The notes beneath the pieces were generated by a model. It had not been told where the DNA came from, did not search any database, and worked only from the letters and a program-made list of their open reading frames with translations. A stretch of DNA of 64,000 nucleotides from Octopus vulgaris (taxonomy: Eukaryota): positions 214,396,001 to 214,460,000 of the forward strand of contig OX597814.1 in the NCBI GenBank assembly GCA_951406725.2. The letters run 5' to 3'. Shown in pieces: positions 23,652 through 37,068 of the stretch. The translations under genes and the position numbers were made by a program. The number at the start of each line of letters is the position of its first letter. The first letter of the stretch is position 1.

Positions 23652-24615
23652 TCATCATCATCCTCATCATCATCATCATTTAATGTCTGTTTTCCATGCT
23701 GACATGGGTTGGATGGTTTGATTGGGGACTGGCAAGCCAGGAGGCCTCACCAGGCACCAATCTGATTTGGCAATGTTTCTACAGTTGGATGCCCTTCCTA
23801 ATGCCAACCACTCCAAGAGTGTAGTGGGTACTTTTTACATGCCACTGGTGTGGGAGCCAGTCTGGTGGCACTGGCATTGGTCTCATTCAGACGGTGCTTT
23901 TTTATGTGCCACCGGCACAGGAGCCAGTGGGGATGGTGGGGACTGGCATCAACCACGTTTGGATAGTGCTTTTTATGTGCCACTGGCATGGAGAGCCAGT
24001 CAGGCGGCTCTAGCAGCAACCTGCACATGAATGGTGCTTATTGCATGCTACCAGCACTGGTATCGGCCACAATTACAATTTCCATTTGACTTGATTTTGA
24101 TTTACTTGACTCAATAGGTCTCCTCAAGCATGGTATGTCGCCCGACGATTCAAAGGTACTTTTTTAAGTGGGCTGGTTATGCAACACTGGGGTTGGCTAT
24201 GGCTGTGATCTCACTTTCTTTGCCGGGCCTTCTCAATCACAGCATATCTCCAGAGGCCCAACGTTCGAAGGTCATGCTTCACTACTTCATCCCATGTCTT
24301 CCTGGGTCTCCCTCTTCTACAGGTTCCTTCCACTGTTAAAGAGTGGCACTTCTTCACACAGCTCTCCTCATCCATACGTAGCACATGACCATACCAGTGC
24401 AGTCGACTCTCTTGCACACCACATTTGATGCTTCTTATGTCCAACATTTCTCTCAGGGCACTCACACTCTGTTGTGTGTGCACACTGACATTACACATTC
24501 ATCGGATCATATTAGCTTCATTTCTTTCGAACCTACGCATGTCTTCAGCAGTCATGGCCCTTATTTTGCTGCCATGTAGCATGGCAGTTCGCACACCTGC
24601 ATCATATGATCTACC
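23652..24615 (-). mobile_element. 5'-truncated RTE-clade LINE: ORF C-terminus plus 3' UTR plus (GAT)n tail
   Basis: ORF 24211-24498 has RLHWYGHVLRM...GRPRKTWDEVV, typical of RTE reverse transcriptase C-termini, contiguous with the (GAT)n-tailed repeat. Confidence 0.82.
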
Positions 24616-24742
24616 TTTAATTGTTGGTTTATTATCGATTTAGTAATTTTATCGATTTAAAATTTGACTATTTTAAATTTCTTTTTCTTACACAAGGGCA
24701 ATACTTTAAATATTGTTTTTTATTTTATTTTTGTTGCAATAG

Positions 24743-24863
24743 GTTTTCATAGAATATTCTGGTAGTGAAGATTCTGATGTGACATTTACAAGAAGTAAAT
24801 TCTACAAGTTACTAGATAGACATCAAAACACCATTCGAATTTACATGAATATACCATCCAAAA
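24743..24863 (+). CDS. USP47: USP47 exon 17
   Basis: caatag|GTT...AAA A|gtgagt; VFIEYSGSEDSDVTFTRSKFYKLLDRHQNTIRIYMNIPSK. Confidence 0.92.
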
Positions 24864-24969
24864 GTGAGTATTTAACTTTTAAGAATGTTCGTCACTACTT
24901 GTTCTTAACGAATTTTATTTTTTATGATTCTTATTTAATTTTTCCTTTTTTTTAAAATTTGTTTTTAAG

Positions 24970-25860
24970 TGCAAGTTGGAGACTATAAGAACCACGCCAA
25001 CTATCTGCCATTCTCCAAAAACAATTCTGCTACCAGCAACGGTGATGATTCCCCTGGATCTCCTGTAAAGAACTTCAAGAACGATTATAGAAAAGAAGAG
25101 TATACAAGAGACGTAATTTCTTGCTGTGATGACAATTCGGCTTATCCTGCTGCTGTGATTGGTGCTGACGGAGCGTCCGGCCCTCATGAAATTGATGGCA
25201 CCACTCCAATCATCAGATCAAATACAGATTTTTCAAATACCTCTTCTACAACGAAATCAAAGACATATTTACCATTAACTACAGGAAGCAATATAATACA
25301 CACAAAAATGCAGCAATTAAACTTCCGTCTTTCGAAAACAGGTTACACACAAAGTGATAGTGGTAATGTTGTGTCTTATTGTACTGATGACATCGCTAGT
25401 CCTTCCACAGGCCGGGAATCAATGGATGAAAGTCCATTAAATTCCCCGATAGTTGATAGCATGCCAGTTATTAGTCCATTGACTCCAAATTACAGAGATG
25501 ATAACTCTGAGGACATAAATAATTGCAATAAGTTTTCTTCTGACATTACTGGATGGTGCACAATACCCATCCCTCTGGGAAACATGATTATGGATGACTG
25601 GGCCAGTGAAATTAGCCAAAGCAATATTGACGTTATAGGCCCTGATAGAGCCAGGAGGGGTGGTAAAGAAGACTTAGTTGCCAATGATGCTTTAAATTTA
25701 GAGTCACTAGAAGAGAATTGCGAACTGAACACATCAATTCAATGTGAAAAAGATACTGATAGCATTTGTAACCATGAATGTATTGATAAAGAATTGGACA
25801 ATGAGGAATACAGACACTATTTTGAAGCAACAGAAAATACAGATGCTCTTGGTCAAAGAA
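24970..25860 (+). CDS. USP47: USP47 exon 18 (891 nt, Ser/Asp/Asn-rich, probably disordered linker)
   Basis: Longest ORF in window (24969-25868); tttaag|TG...AGA A|gtaagt; phase 1 at both ends fits exons 17 and 19; acceptor is the uncommon AAG. Confidence 0.85.
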
Positions 25861-27714
25861 GTAAGTAACTGTTTTAACTCCTTTGTATTCTATGATTGAA
25901 TAATTTAAATTTCAATTTATTTCGCTTTGATAAATATGGCTAAATTATCAATACTTTGTTTCTGTTTGTTCTAATCTCATGCCGTGTTTTTTTTTTCTTT
26001 GTGTATATAATTGAGCAGGATTCATTTCGTTAACATATTATAAAAACTTACCATGACAGGTGTAGCTGGCATTAGTTTAGAGACTTGAAACCATGGTAGT
26101 TTGGTATTAAAGCCTAAATTAATGAGTGTATATGATCAATAGTCACTTCAGTTACATCTGCAAAGAATATGCATGTGTTGAAAATTTCAGTGAAGTGGAA
26201 GTTATATGTAAAAACAGCAAAAAAGAACCCCATAAATTGTTAACTATGACTATGTAGATTAATTATTGCAAAAAACAGGAGTGCTATCTGTATAAAAGTG
26301 AATGGTGGTTGTTATGTATTTTGACTGTCGGACTTGCATGTATATTATTTGCCATGATTAATTCATCAACATTAGCCTTAAAATTTCTTGAGTTGACTTT
26401 TATTGAATTTTGATTAGTAAAATTAACATTCAGAGTTGTTGATTTAAATGACGAAGAAGTGATGCATTATTTTAGATATATATTTCATTATATATAAAAA
26501 AAAAAGGCAGATTGAGTCTTAGCGTTTTTACAGTCTTAAAAAGATATGGTCTGTCATTGAATTTTGTTGGATATATTGAGGTTTCTGTTTCCTTTCTAAG
26601 ACTATCAAGTTTTGCATAGTTCGAGTTTGTATGTCTGATACGAGTGGACTAAATGTTTTCTTTTTACTACTTCAGATTTACTCACAATGACTGAAAGCTG
26701 ATTTCTTAAAATCAACTCAGTTGAAGGACAGATTGAAGTGTTAACCATGTTCATGAATTTAAAATTTGTTCTAGTGATTTGTGTTGTGTCCCCGAGGAAA
26801 GCATAAAATTGCTTGTGTGATTTTTGTCTTTATGAAGCCTTGCTTTCATTCTGACTTAGTCATTATGTGATTAAATGTTAAGAAAGCACATTTGTAAAAA
26901 ATAATTTTTTGTTATAGAAAATTAAAAACAACACTTCCATTCTATAGATGAAAATATATGTAAACTGCAGAGCAGAAATTATGACTTCATCATCATCATC
27001 GTTTAACGTCCGTTCTCCATGCTAGCATGGGTTAGACGGTTCGACCGGGGATCTGGGAAGCCAGAAGGCTGCACCAGGCTCCGGTCTTATCTGGCAATGT
27101 TTCTACAGCTCGATGCCCTTCCTAACGCCAACCACTCCGTGAGTGTAGTGGGTGCTTTTTACGTACCACCTGCACTGGTTCCAGGCGAGGCTGGCATCGG
27201 CCACGGTCGGATTGGTGCATTTTACGTGCCACCTGCACGGAAGCCAGTCGAGGCAGCACTGGCTTTGGCCTCGATTTGGATGGTGCTTTTTACGTGCCAC
27301 CGACACGGAAGCCAGTCGAGGCGGCACTGGAATCGGCCCGGCACTGGCACTATTTTTAAATTTAAATGTTATCTTTGTCTCATGTGTAGCAATAACTTTT
27401 TTGAACTCAATGCATGATCTGGTCTTACTTTCCAATTGAATTGTTTTATAAATCTTTCATCATTTTCGGGAAAACAAAACTGTTACAACTTCCTGAATCC
27501 CTCTTCCTATAAATGTCATGTTTACATCTGCTTTTGCCTAATGGCATTGACTGAGTTGGTCCTTTCCAGCACAGTGTTTTACTGTTGCACTTCTTTCTCA
27601 TCTCCTTAAATCTTAACTTCTTTAGGTAAACTTTCACTATTTCTTCTTTGATCTTCCTCTTCTGCAGGTTTATTCCACTTAAATCACTTGGTACTACTGT
27701 TATTCTCCATATAT

Positions 27715-28104
27715 ACTCTTTTACTTGTTTCAGTCATTTGACTGCGGCCATGCTGGAGCACCGCCTTTAATCGAGCAACTCGACCCCAGGACTTATTCTT
27801 TGTAAGCCCAGTACTTATTCTATCGGTTTCTTTTGCCGAACCGCTAAGTGACGGGGACGTAAACACACCACCATCGGTTGTCAAGCGATGTTGGATGGGA
27901 CAAACACAGACACACAAACACACACACATGCACATATACATATATACGATGGGCTTCTTTCAGTTTCCGTCTACCAAATCCACTCACAAGGCTTTGGTTG
28001 GCCCGAGGCTATAGTAGAAGACACTTGCCCGAGGTGCCACGCAGTGGGACTGAACCCGGAACCATGTGGTTGGTAAACAAGCTACTTACCACACAACCAC
28101 TCCT
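27715..28104 (-). mobile_element. SINE group 1 copy
   Basis: Reverse complement of the 1317-1738 family. Confidence 0.88.
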
Positions 28105-29198
28105 ATATATCAATTATCCATACCTGTGGAGCCTTCTTTGTTGCATGCTACATCTAATTCTTCATACATTCAGTTTTCCTTTCAGTTCATTTCTCTTCCG
28201 GCATTCATATGCACTTAACATTACACATTCAATGGAGTGTGCTTGTTTTATTTCTTTCTAGCCTCTGTAGATCTTGTTCATTTAATACTTGTTGCACTTT
28301 GTACATGAGCATCATACCATATATATCCATCACTCAAAGAGCGAATCCCTTTGTTGCTAGCAGAAGTCATAATCAGTGAACTCCCTACTCTTTCTCTCGC
28401 GACTAGGCATACCTACCTCTGCTACTAAGTAGGTTAATGAGTTAACCCTTTTGTTAAAAAGCACTATCCGAATCGTGGCCGAAGCCAGTGCCGCCTCGAC
28501 TGGCTTCCGTGCAGGTGGCACGTAAAATGCACCAATCCGACCGTGGCCGATGCCAGCCTCGCCTGGCACGTAAAAAGCACCCACTACACTCACGGAGTGG
28601 TTGGCGTTAGGAAGGGCATCCAGCTGTTGAAACATTGCCAGATAAGACTGGAGCCTGGTGCAGCCTTCTGGCTTCCCAGATCCCCGGTCGGACCGTCCAA
28701 CCCATGCTAGCATGGAGAACGGACGTTAAACGATGATGATGATGATGATGTTACCAACCCGGCTGAAACCGGCTCTGGCTCTGAGTACAAATGTCTTATT
28801 TTCATAAGTTTTGAATTAAAATCTTCCACCAAACCTTAGTCACAATTCATGTTCCTAACACTAGCTGAATGATAACTAAGTTATTTTACTAAATTCTTTG
28901 TTATATTTAAAATAGTTGAAAGAAACACAGAGCATCTCAACAGGAATATGGTAACAAAAAGGTTAAGAGAAGCTATCAACTTCTCAGGCTCTTGAAAGAA
29001 TAATTCATTTTGTGGGTGTACTTAGTGCTAAATATTCTTGTGCATTTGCTGCAGGTGAATTCTTTCTTTTGTCAGCTTGCCTGTGAAGTTATTGCATGCG
29101 TACAGTTTTCATGAACATGACATTCCTACCTATTCTTTCTTTGCATATTGAACATGGCCATCTCCATGACAGCAGCAGTCCTGTCTTCTTTCCCATTA

Positions 29199-29526
29199 GT
29201 AATTCTTTGAAGCTTTTGATTCTAGACTTATTGCCTCACACTAAGACAGTCAGTCACCGGCTGACACTCGCTGACGATACATCGAAGAGGCCAGGGAACA
29301 GAAGAAAGAAGACATGCACCCAACACCAGAGCTGAAGACACCTCTGAAAGGGGGGAGGGGCGCCACGTCAAAACAGTTGAAGAGTAGGGGCCGAAACCGG
29401 ACATGGTTCCTCCTGATGATGTCTTGAGCTAACTGGATCCTATAAAGGAGCTGTTGTGGTAGCAGACCACGAAACACGGTCGTAATTCCTCCTTGAAGCT
29501 TTTGATTCTAGACTTATTGCCTCACA
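29199..29526 (+). mobile_element. 241-bp GC-rich insertion (29241-29481) flanked by a ~42-bp direct duplication
   Basis: ttgaagcttttgattctagacttattgcctcaca is identical at 29207-29240 and 29493-29526, and extends to gtaattc with a 3-bp indel. Confidence 0.8.
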
Positions 29527-31149
29527 TTTGGAATTTCTTCTCTAATTCTTTTACATATTCAACGATGAGAACTAAACCATCAAAATAGAGGGGTTCCCAC
29601 GAGCAATCAGTTTTAAACTTCTCCGTTATGACCTGGAAACCATGTAATAAATATGCAGAAGCTGATAAATGAACCCTGATGGACAACTACCTTCATTGAC
29701 AACTGTCATTGAACTTGTTGCTAACTCTCACCTGGCTGATAGCATGTCAGTATTTGCATTCACAAGTCAATCAGTGGTAGTTTAACTATCAAACATGGTA
29801 CTCTGTGAAAAGCCTTTTTTAGGTTGACAAATGCTAATGGCTTGCTTTAACCCTTTAGTATTTAAACCGGCCATATCCGGCCAAAATAGCTAATCTGTTT
29901 TATGTTCAAACTGACCAGATCCAGGCCCTCACACCTACCCTATAATGTTATTCTACATTAAGTAATTACACCATTAAGCTCTTGAAGATATGAGATAATG
30001 CATGATTAATTCAAATCAATGTGAATCAATAAGCATTATGTTTGATAGAATAATCTGAACACTAAAGGATCAGAATCGAAATCGATCAATGGAAATCGAT
30101 CAATGGAAATTGCAGATGTGTTACCAGTGCCGGTGGCATGTAAGAGAACTTTCCGTTTCGCGACCGTTGCCAGCACCGCCCCGTTTCGTGTCCGTTGCCA
30201 GCCTCGCCTGGCCCTCGTGCCGGTGGCACATAAAAAGCACCATCCGTTCGTGGCCGTTTGCCAGCTCTGTCTGGCACCAGTGCGGGTGGCACGTAAAAAG
30301 CACCCACTACACTCACGGAGTGGTTGGCGTTAGGAAGGGCATCCAGCCGTAGAAACACTGCCAGATTTGACTGGGCCTGATGAAGCCTTCTGGCTTCACA
30401 GACCCCAGCAGAACCGTCCAACCCATGCTAGCATGGAAAACGGACGCTAAATGATGATGATGATGATGATGATGACTAAAGGGTTAAGCTAAGAATGTCA
30501 AGAATTATTAAGAGCATTTGTCGTAGAACAGACTTAATTTGCATCTCCTTCAAATCAATTTTCTTTCTTACTGCTTGTGGTATAAGTGTTACTTTTATAC
30601 CTGAGTCTACCAGTTTGATGGATTGGTCGCTTCTTCCTTCTAGAGCACCTCCTTTGCCTGTATTGTAGTTGATAATACTGCTAGGCTAGTTATTGGGTAT
30701 TGCGTATCTCTTTACAATTTGATTGTCTATGTGAGTGACACATGCGTTACGTTGCTGAATATTTTCAACATCTCAGACTATCCCTGGTGGTCCAATTTTT
30801 TTCCCCATCTTCATATTCTCCCTCCTCAGTCAATCCCATTTTCAATTATAGCTACCAAATTCAGTAGCTGTTCCCTCTATTGTGTCTATGCAATAGTCCT
30901 CTCACTCTCTCTACCCAACTCATTCAGTAACCCCTTGAAATATTTCTATGCCTCTTCCTTTGTATCAGTAAATGCAAATGTACTATAGACGGGGCCATTT
31001 TGCTCATCTGTAAGTACTGATTGTGGTATATACGTAGACAGTGTTGCTGTCCTGTTGCCTATGACCAGTCCATATTTCAAATATTATATCTTTGATAAAA
31101 AAATGCATATACAACAATAATTTATACGTATTTGTTTTTATGTCTCAAG

Positions 31150-31241
31150 CTTTGATTGTGAATGTCGATAAAAGAATAACTCTTGAGGATTTCAAGAAAG
31201 AATTGGAACCGTACATTGGATTATCTTCTGAAAATTTTAAA
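31150..31241 (+). CDS. USP47: USP47 exon 19
   Basis: ctcaag|CT...AAA|gtaagt; (T)LIVNVDKRITLEDFKKELEPYIGLSSENFK. Confidence 0.92.
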
Positions 31242-34200
31242 GTAAGTTTTATAACCTTTTACATTCTTATATTAAGTATTTTGTAGTTTTTCCAATTATA
31301 TTTTTAAAACACATAACTTTATTTTGAAGCTTTGATTTTTAAAGCTGAATATTATATTATCCATCATAATTTTCTCTGACAGTGAGAATTGGGATAGTTA
31401 GTAATGGTTTCAATTATTCATCCTATTCTACAGTTAATAAGTAAACCTGAATACATTTACTTACTGTGAAAATGGCATATACCTCTAATTTTAGATATAC
31501 GCAGTTGTTAGTTGTCAAAGCACTGCATCTTTCAAAACTTCCATGCTTCCTGAGATTCGCCAACACTACACCTGATTTTCTCCCCTCCATACACACACAA
31601 GCATGTAGCTGACTCATACATTGTTCGCTTTCCAGACATTTGTACATTACTGCAGATGCTTTATACGCACTTTCTGACAAGTTGTGGTGCACCTGAGCAC
31701 TGTATACAATAATTTCATTATATTATTATTAAACACATCTCTGCAGGTTAACATTGTACAACCAATAACTCCTATGTTTCTTGTTTTTGTACAGTATGGT
31801 ATTTGTATATAATCTGTACACATGTATAATGTATGCCTCCAATTATGGGCAATAAAATCACAATAAAATCATATTTTACTTTTGCATCATGATGTGTCCC
31901 AAAATGAGTTTAGTCAGGTTTATTATAATTGCTGTGGAAAATACATTGAAAACGTTCACAAATCCTAATCAAAACCAAAAGCAATTTTAAAAGTGACCAT
32001 TGACCATTATTGATGTCAGCTGCAATTAAATTTTTGAAAGTATGTTCTTAGAGACACCTATGTGCACCTATATACAAACAAACTAAATACATTTTGTCCT
32101 TTTGCTGTTTCTATTTTGGTTTAGCATATTACGTTTGAACATTTTGATGTGTTGTAGGGCATCTGACCACTGAATACGAAAACTCATAATATTATAACAT
32201 AGGACCATTTTGATGGATACGCTCTGGTTTAGGTATCATCATCATCATCGTCCGCTTTCCATGCTAGCATGGGTTGGACGGTTCAACTGGGGTCTGGGAA
32301 GCCAGAAGGCTGCACCAGGCCAAGTCTGATCTGGCAATGTTTCTACAGCTGGATGCCCTTCCTAATGCCAACCACTCCATGAGTGTAGTGGGTGCTTTTT
32401 ACGTGCCACTGGCACAGGTGCCAGGCGAGGCTGGCAAACGGCCACGATCGGATGGTGCTTTTTATGTGCCACCGGCACGGGGGCCAGGCGAGGCTGGCAA
32501 ACGGCCATGATCGGATGGTGCTTTTTACGTGCCACCGGCACAAGGCCGGTCGGGGCGGCGCTGGCAATGGCCACGTTCGGATGGTTCTCTTACGTACCAC
32601 TGGCACTGGTATCACAGCTGCAATTTCCATTGTAACAAACATTTTAATGTTTTATCACCATTATAGAAAAAATATAACATTATACGATTTGAACTCTTCA
32701 CTACACAATAGTTAGCTTGGGCAACAGATATGATATTTCCACTTATGCTTATCCTAGTATAGCCTCTCACTAGGGAAAGCGGGTAAAAAGGTGTTGCATT
32801 TATTTCTCATGTGTAATGTGTTCTCCTAATTTTTATGTTAAAAAATGTGCATATACATGAGTATATATATATTTTTGAATGCAGATCTTGATATTGACAG
32901 ATCTGCTGTTGAAAATATAAATGCTTGTTTGAGTTTTTTTATTGTTCAATGAAATGCTTGCCAAGTGCTCTTATTCGAATATAATTGCTTGTTATGCTCT
33001 AGGTAGGTTTATGAACTTTAATGAAGTCTTTCCTTTGAATTTTTATCGTTTAACTTTATAATCAACTTTTTTTATTTATAAAAGCCTGTAATATAAGTAA
33101 CTAGCAATGCATCCCGGCGTTGCCCGGTTGTTATGACTTACAACCACATTGTATTATTTGTTCCTTTCTTATGAACAGAATCGGCACACGAGGAGTATGA
33201 AGCAAATAACTTCTTTATAAACATGCTTTTCAGTCATTTTCTCTCTACTAAATTCAGTCACAAGTCTGTGGTTGGCCTAGGGCTATAGTAGAAAATGCTT
33301 GCCCAAGGTACTGTGCATAGGCACTGAACATGGAGCCATGTGGTTGGGAAGCAAACTTTTCAACCACACAGCCATTCTTGCACCTAATGTGTGTGTTTAC
33401 ATTTGTTGTTAAATCGAGTATTGTGTCCCACTATGTTTCAAAGTTAGCAGTTCATCAAGCAGAGATCTATAAAATAAATGCCAGATTGAAATATGTACCG
33501 AGGTCAGTATGATCAATTAAATTTTTGAAGGTGATACTCCTTCATGGCAACAGTCGAAAGACTAAACCCAGTAAAATAATGTTTAAAGACTTAATGGTTC
33601 CAAATTTAAGGTAATGGATTACTAACCACAAGATAATGAGTTCAAAACTTCCTACTGAACTTCCACTCTATATAATAACAGTATATGTACATCTCAGTCT
33701 ACTTGACTTCCAACAATTAACAATGGTTAGTAGTTAAGAAAGATGTCCACATCTCTTAAAAAAATTGTTATGCTATTCTAAAGAAAAGTATTTTTTACAT
33801 CACAACAAAAATACACACACAGATGTGTGTCTGTGGTAACTTGAGCTACTGCAAATAACAGCTAAATCTCTCTTAAAACCCGCTCTTTCATCAAAAGAAA
33901 GACACTGATTTACAGTATTTCAGGAAGCAAAAAAAAAAATAACCCCCAAAAACTATGCAATGAGTCTGCTATGTCAGAGGCAACTCTGGGCTAAACAAAA
34001 CACAGACAAACATACTTCACATTAAAAGTTTATCTACTAAACAATACTAAAGTAGCACCCCCACCGCCCTGCCCTGTCCCTAGCCACATTCAGATGGCTG
34101 ATGCCCCTTATGTTATAGAGCAGTTACTGTTTATATCTCGTCTAGAGATTTATTAATACTAATAAAGTTGATGGTATATCTTTGAAGTTTCATTTCCTGG

Positions 34201-34403
34201 TAAAACTTCACCTAGATTGTTCAGGCAGAGTTGCCAGCTTTAGCTAAAGACCTCAAAATTGTGTGACTTGACCTCATTTTTGAGGTTATGGTAGTAGTAA
34301 AAAAGAGTTGTGCAAAAAATGTACTTTATTTGGTAGCTGAAAGGTTACTGAATCTTTTGATTTCTCATTCATCAAAATCAGCAACTCGGTTTTTGAATCC
34401 ATA

Positions 34404-34637
34404 GAAGGCGGCGAGCTGGCAGAAACGTTAGCACGTCGGGCGAAATGCTTTGCAGTATTTCGGCTGCTGTTACGTTGTGAGTTCAAATTCCGCCGAGGTC
34501 GACTTTGCCTTTCATCCTTTCGGGGTCGATAAATTAAGTGCCAGTTACGCACTGGGGTCGATGTAATCGACTTAATCCGTTTGTCTGTCCTTGCTTGTCC
34601 CCTCTGTGTTTAGCCCCTTGTGGGTAGTAAAGAAATA
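34404..34637 (+). mobile_element. tRNA-derived SINE group 2, monomer (others at ~38291-38522; decayed at ~18250-18720 and ~62543-62750)
   Basis: Head ggcgagctggcagaaacgttagc, B-box gagttcaaattcc; 16-bp TSD ggtttttgaatccata (34388-34403 / 34638-34653). Confidence 0.88.
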
Positions 34638-34807
34638 GGTTTTTGAATCCATAAGGAACATATGTGTGCACACGCATGCACATACACACACAAACTTACA
34701 TGTTGTTCTGAAAGTAGATATGTTTTAATATTAAGATTGCTGAAAGTATTTTTGCTCTAGTCTATTGTTCTAAAGTAACATCTTATATTTTTTTTTCATT
34801 TCACCAG

Positions 34808-34888
34808 GTTTTCAAAGTTTACTCTAACAATCAAGAATTTGAAAGTACACAACTGAACGAGAATTTGTCGTTTCTTGAAGATGGAAAG
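34808..34888 (+). CDS. USP47: USP47 exon 20
   Basis: caccag|GTT...AAG|gtttat; VFKVYSNNQEFESTQLNENLSFLEDGK. Confidence 0.92.
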
Positions 34889-36975
34889 GTTTATTTATCT
34901 ATTTATTTTTAAACATTTCTTTGATATTGAGGTGTATTGTAGTGTTTGTGAATAATATAAATTTCAGCATTATTTTCATGTTAAAGAAATAATGTTAACT
35001 TTTCAAAATTGCAAATCAAATGTTTAAAGTTGTTTTTATAAAATACAGAAAATGAATAAATACAGAAGTTAAAATTTAGTAAAAAGAAGGTGACTATTAA
35101 AGGTTAAATAATTTTGATTTTGGAATCAGTTGCTATTACAACTTATACTGAAAGTTTTATATTCTTGTTTTTGAAATTACCAGAACAACATCATCGTCAT
35201 CATCATCATTGTTTAAAGTCCGCTTTCCATGCTAGCATGGGTTGGACGGTTTAACTGGGGTCTGGGAAGCCCGAAGGCTGTACCAGGCCAGTCAGATCTG
35301 GCGGTGTTTCTACAGCTGGATGCCCTTCCTAACACCAACCACTCCGTCAGTGTAGTGGGTGATTTTTATGTGCCACCGACACAGGTGCCAGGCAAGGCTG
35401 GCGAACGGCCACACTCGGATGGTGTTTTTTACGTGCCACCGGCACGGAGGCCAGGTAGGGCCGGCACGGCCACGATCGGATGGTGTTTGTTACGTGCCAC
35501 CAGCACGGAGGCCAGTCGATGCGGTGCTGGCTATGGCCACGTTCGGATGGTTCTCTTATGTGCCACCGGCACTGGTACCACAAACTACAAATTCCATTGA
35601 TGTAGATCGATTTCGATTTGATTTGATTCTTCGATTTTGATTTTCACTTGCCTCAACAGGTCTTCACAAGTAGTTATGTGTCCCAAGGGGAAATAGTACT
35701 TTGCTTGGAAATAGGTAAGGACATCTGGCCATAGAAAATCTACCTCAACAAATTCTGTCTGACCTATGCAAGCATAGGAAAAGTGGGCATTAAAACAATG
35801 TTTTTACTATGGCCCTGTTTGATCTGTAGAAATGGCATAGGTAGAAACTCTATAAAATGCACCCAGTGTAAGCTTTGGGCACATTAGAGGTACAGCAATA
35901 TCAGAGGAAGGTTAACAGGGAAAATAACTTTTATATGTGGAAGATGCACAGGTACAATAAACACTGAAAATGTACAGAAAATAGACTCCATCAACTGGCA
36001 GGCAGGTAAACTAGAGGTAGTGAGGGGTTTAGATTCTGTAGGAATGGGGGAAAGAATTCCAGAGAGTTAAATCAATTGTGGAACAACTGTGCAAAGTATT
36101 TAGTGTTAGGCCTAGCGGAGTGAGACACCATAGGCATTAGGAGAATAGAAATGGGTGCGTCAAATGTGCCAAGTCTGTCAATCAGGCCAAGTGCAAAGGT
36201 GATATTTAGCTTATTGGCTTGGCTATTTGCGATAGACAGAAATGAAACTATCTATGAGCCAAAAAATGTTGTTTGTTTTTGAATGACATTTTACCACTCA
36301 GCTAGATAGCTGCCTTTTGTATGAGTAGGTGATTAGTTGAAGTAGCAGAGCTATTCCAAATATACAAGCAGTATTTTGATGTAGCTCTTATTTGAGCTGA
36401 TTGTGTTTGAAGTATTTTTGTATCTAAACAGGAAGGCTAGTTCCAAGGTTTTAGCAGTGTGTGTGTATATCATCATCATCGTTTAACGTCCGTTCTCCAT
36501 GCTAGCATGGGTTGGACGGTTCGACCGGGGATCTGGGAAGCCAGAAGGCTGCACCAGGCTCCGGTCTTATCTGGCAATGTTTCTACGGCTGGATGCCCTT
36601 CCTAACGCCAACCACTCCGAGAGTGTAGTGGGTGCTTTTTACGTGCCACCGACACGGAAGCCAGTCGAGGCGGCGCTGGCATTGGCTACGATTCGGATAG
36701 TGCTTTTTACATATCTCCAGTCCAGGGGTCCTGGCATCTGCCGGGTACCAGTCATAGGATTGGTTCAATTCCGATTTCGATGTGTATATATATATAAACA
36801 AACACAGATTGTCAGGTTTAGGGATCATAGTTACTATGAGGACCTTAGTAATATATGCAACTATTCAAAGTCATAGTAGGTCAAAGGTATTTTGAATTTT
36901 AACTTGATGAGCATTTTTGTTTGCATTTTTTTAAATATTTAGAATATTTAAAATGTCTTTTTAATTTCATTATAG

Positions 36976-37056
36976 CTGAATATCAAATTAGGTCGTGCCT
37001 TACGGCCTGGCGAGTATCGTGTAAAAGTTTATCAGTTATTGGTAGATGAACCTGAG
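36976..37056 (+). CDS. USP47: USP47 exon 21
   Basis: ttatag|CTG...GAG|gtaagt; [27 protein letters not shown]. Confidence 0.95.
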
Positions 37057-37068
37057 GTAAGTTACTAT

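Noticed and set aside
26660-26705. Possible cassette or poison exon after ttttactacttcag in intron 18
   Set aside because: It has an acceptor-like sequence and an early in-frame stop, but no clear donor or homology; unsupported without RNA data.
24864-31149. U12-type introns explaining the AAG acceptors
   Set aside because: The donors are gtgagt and gtaagt, not the RTATCCTT U12 consensus.
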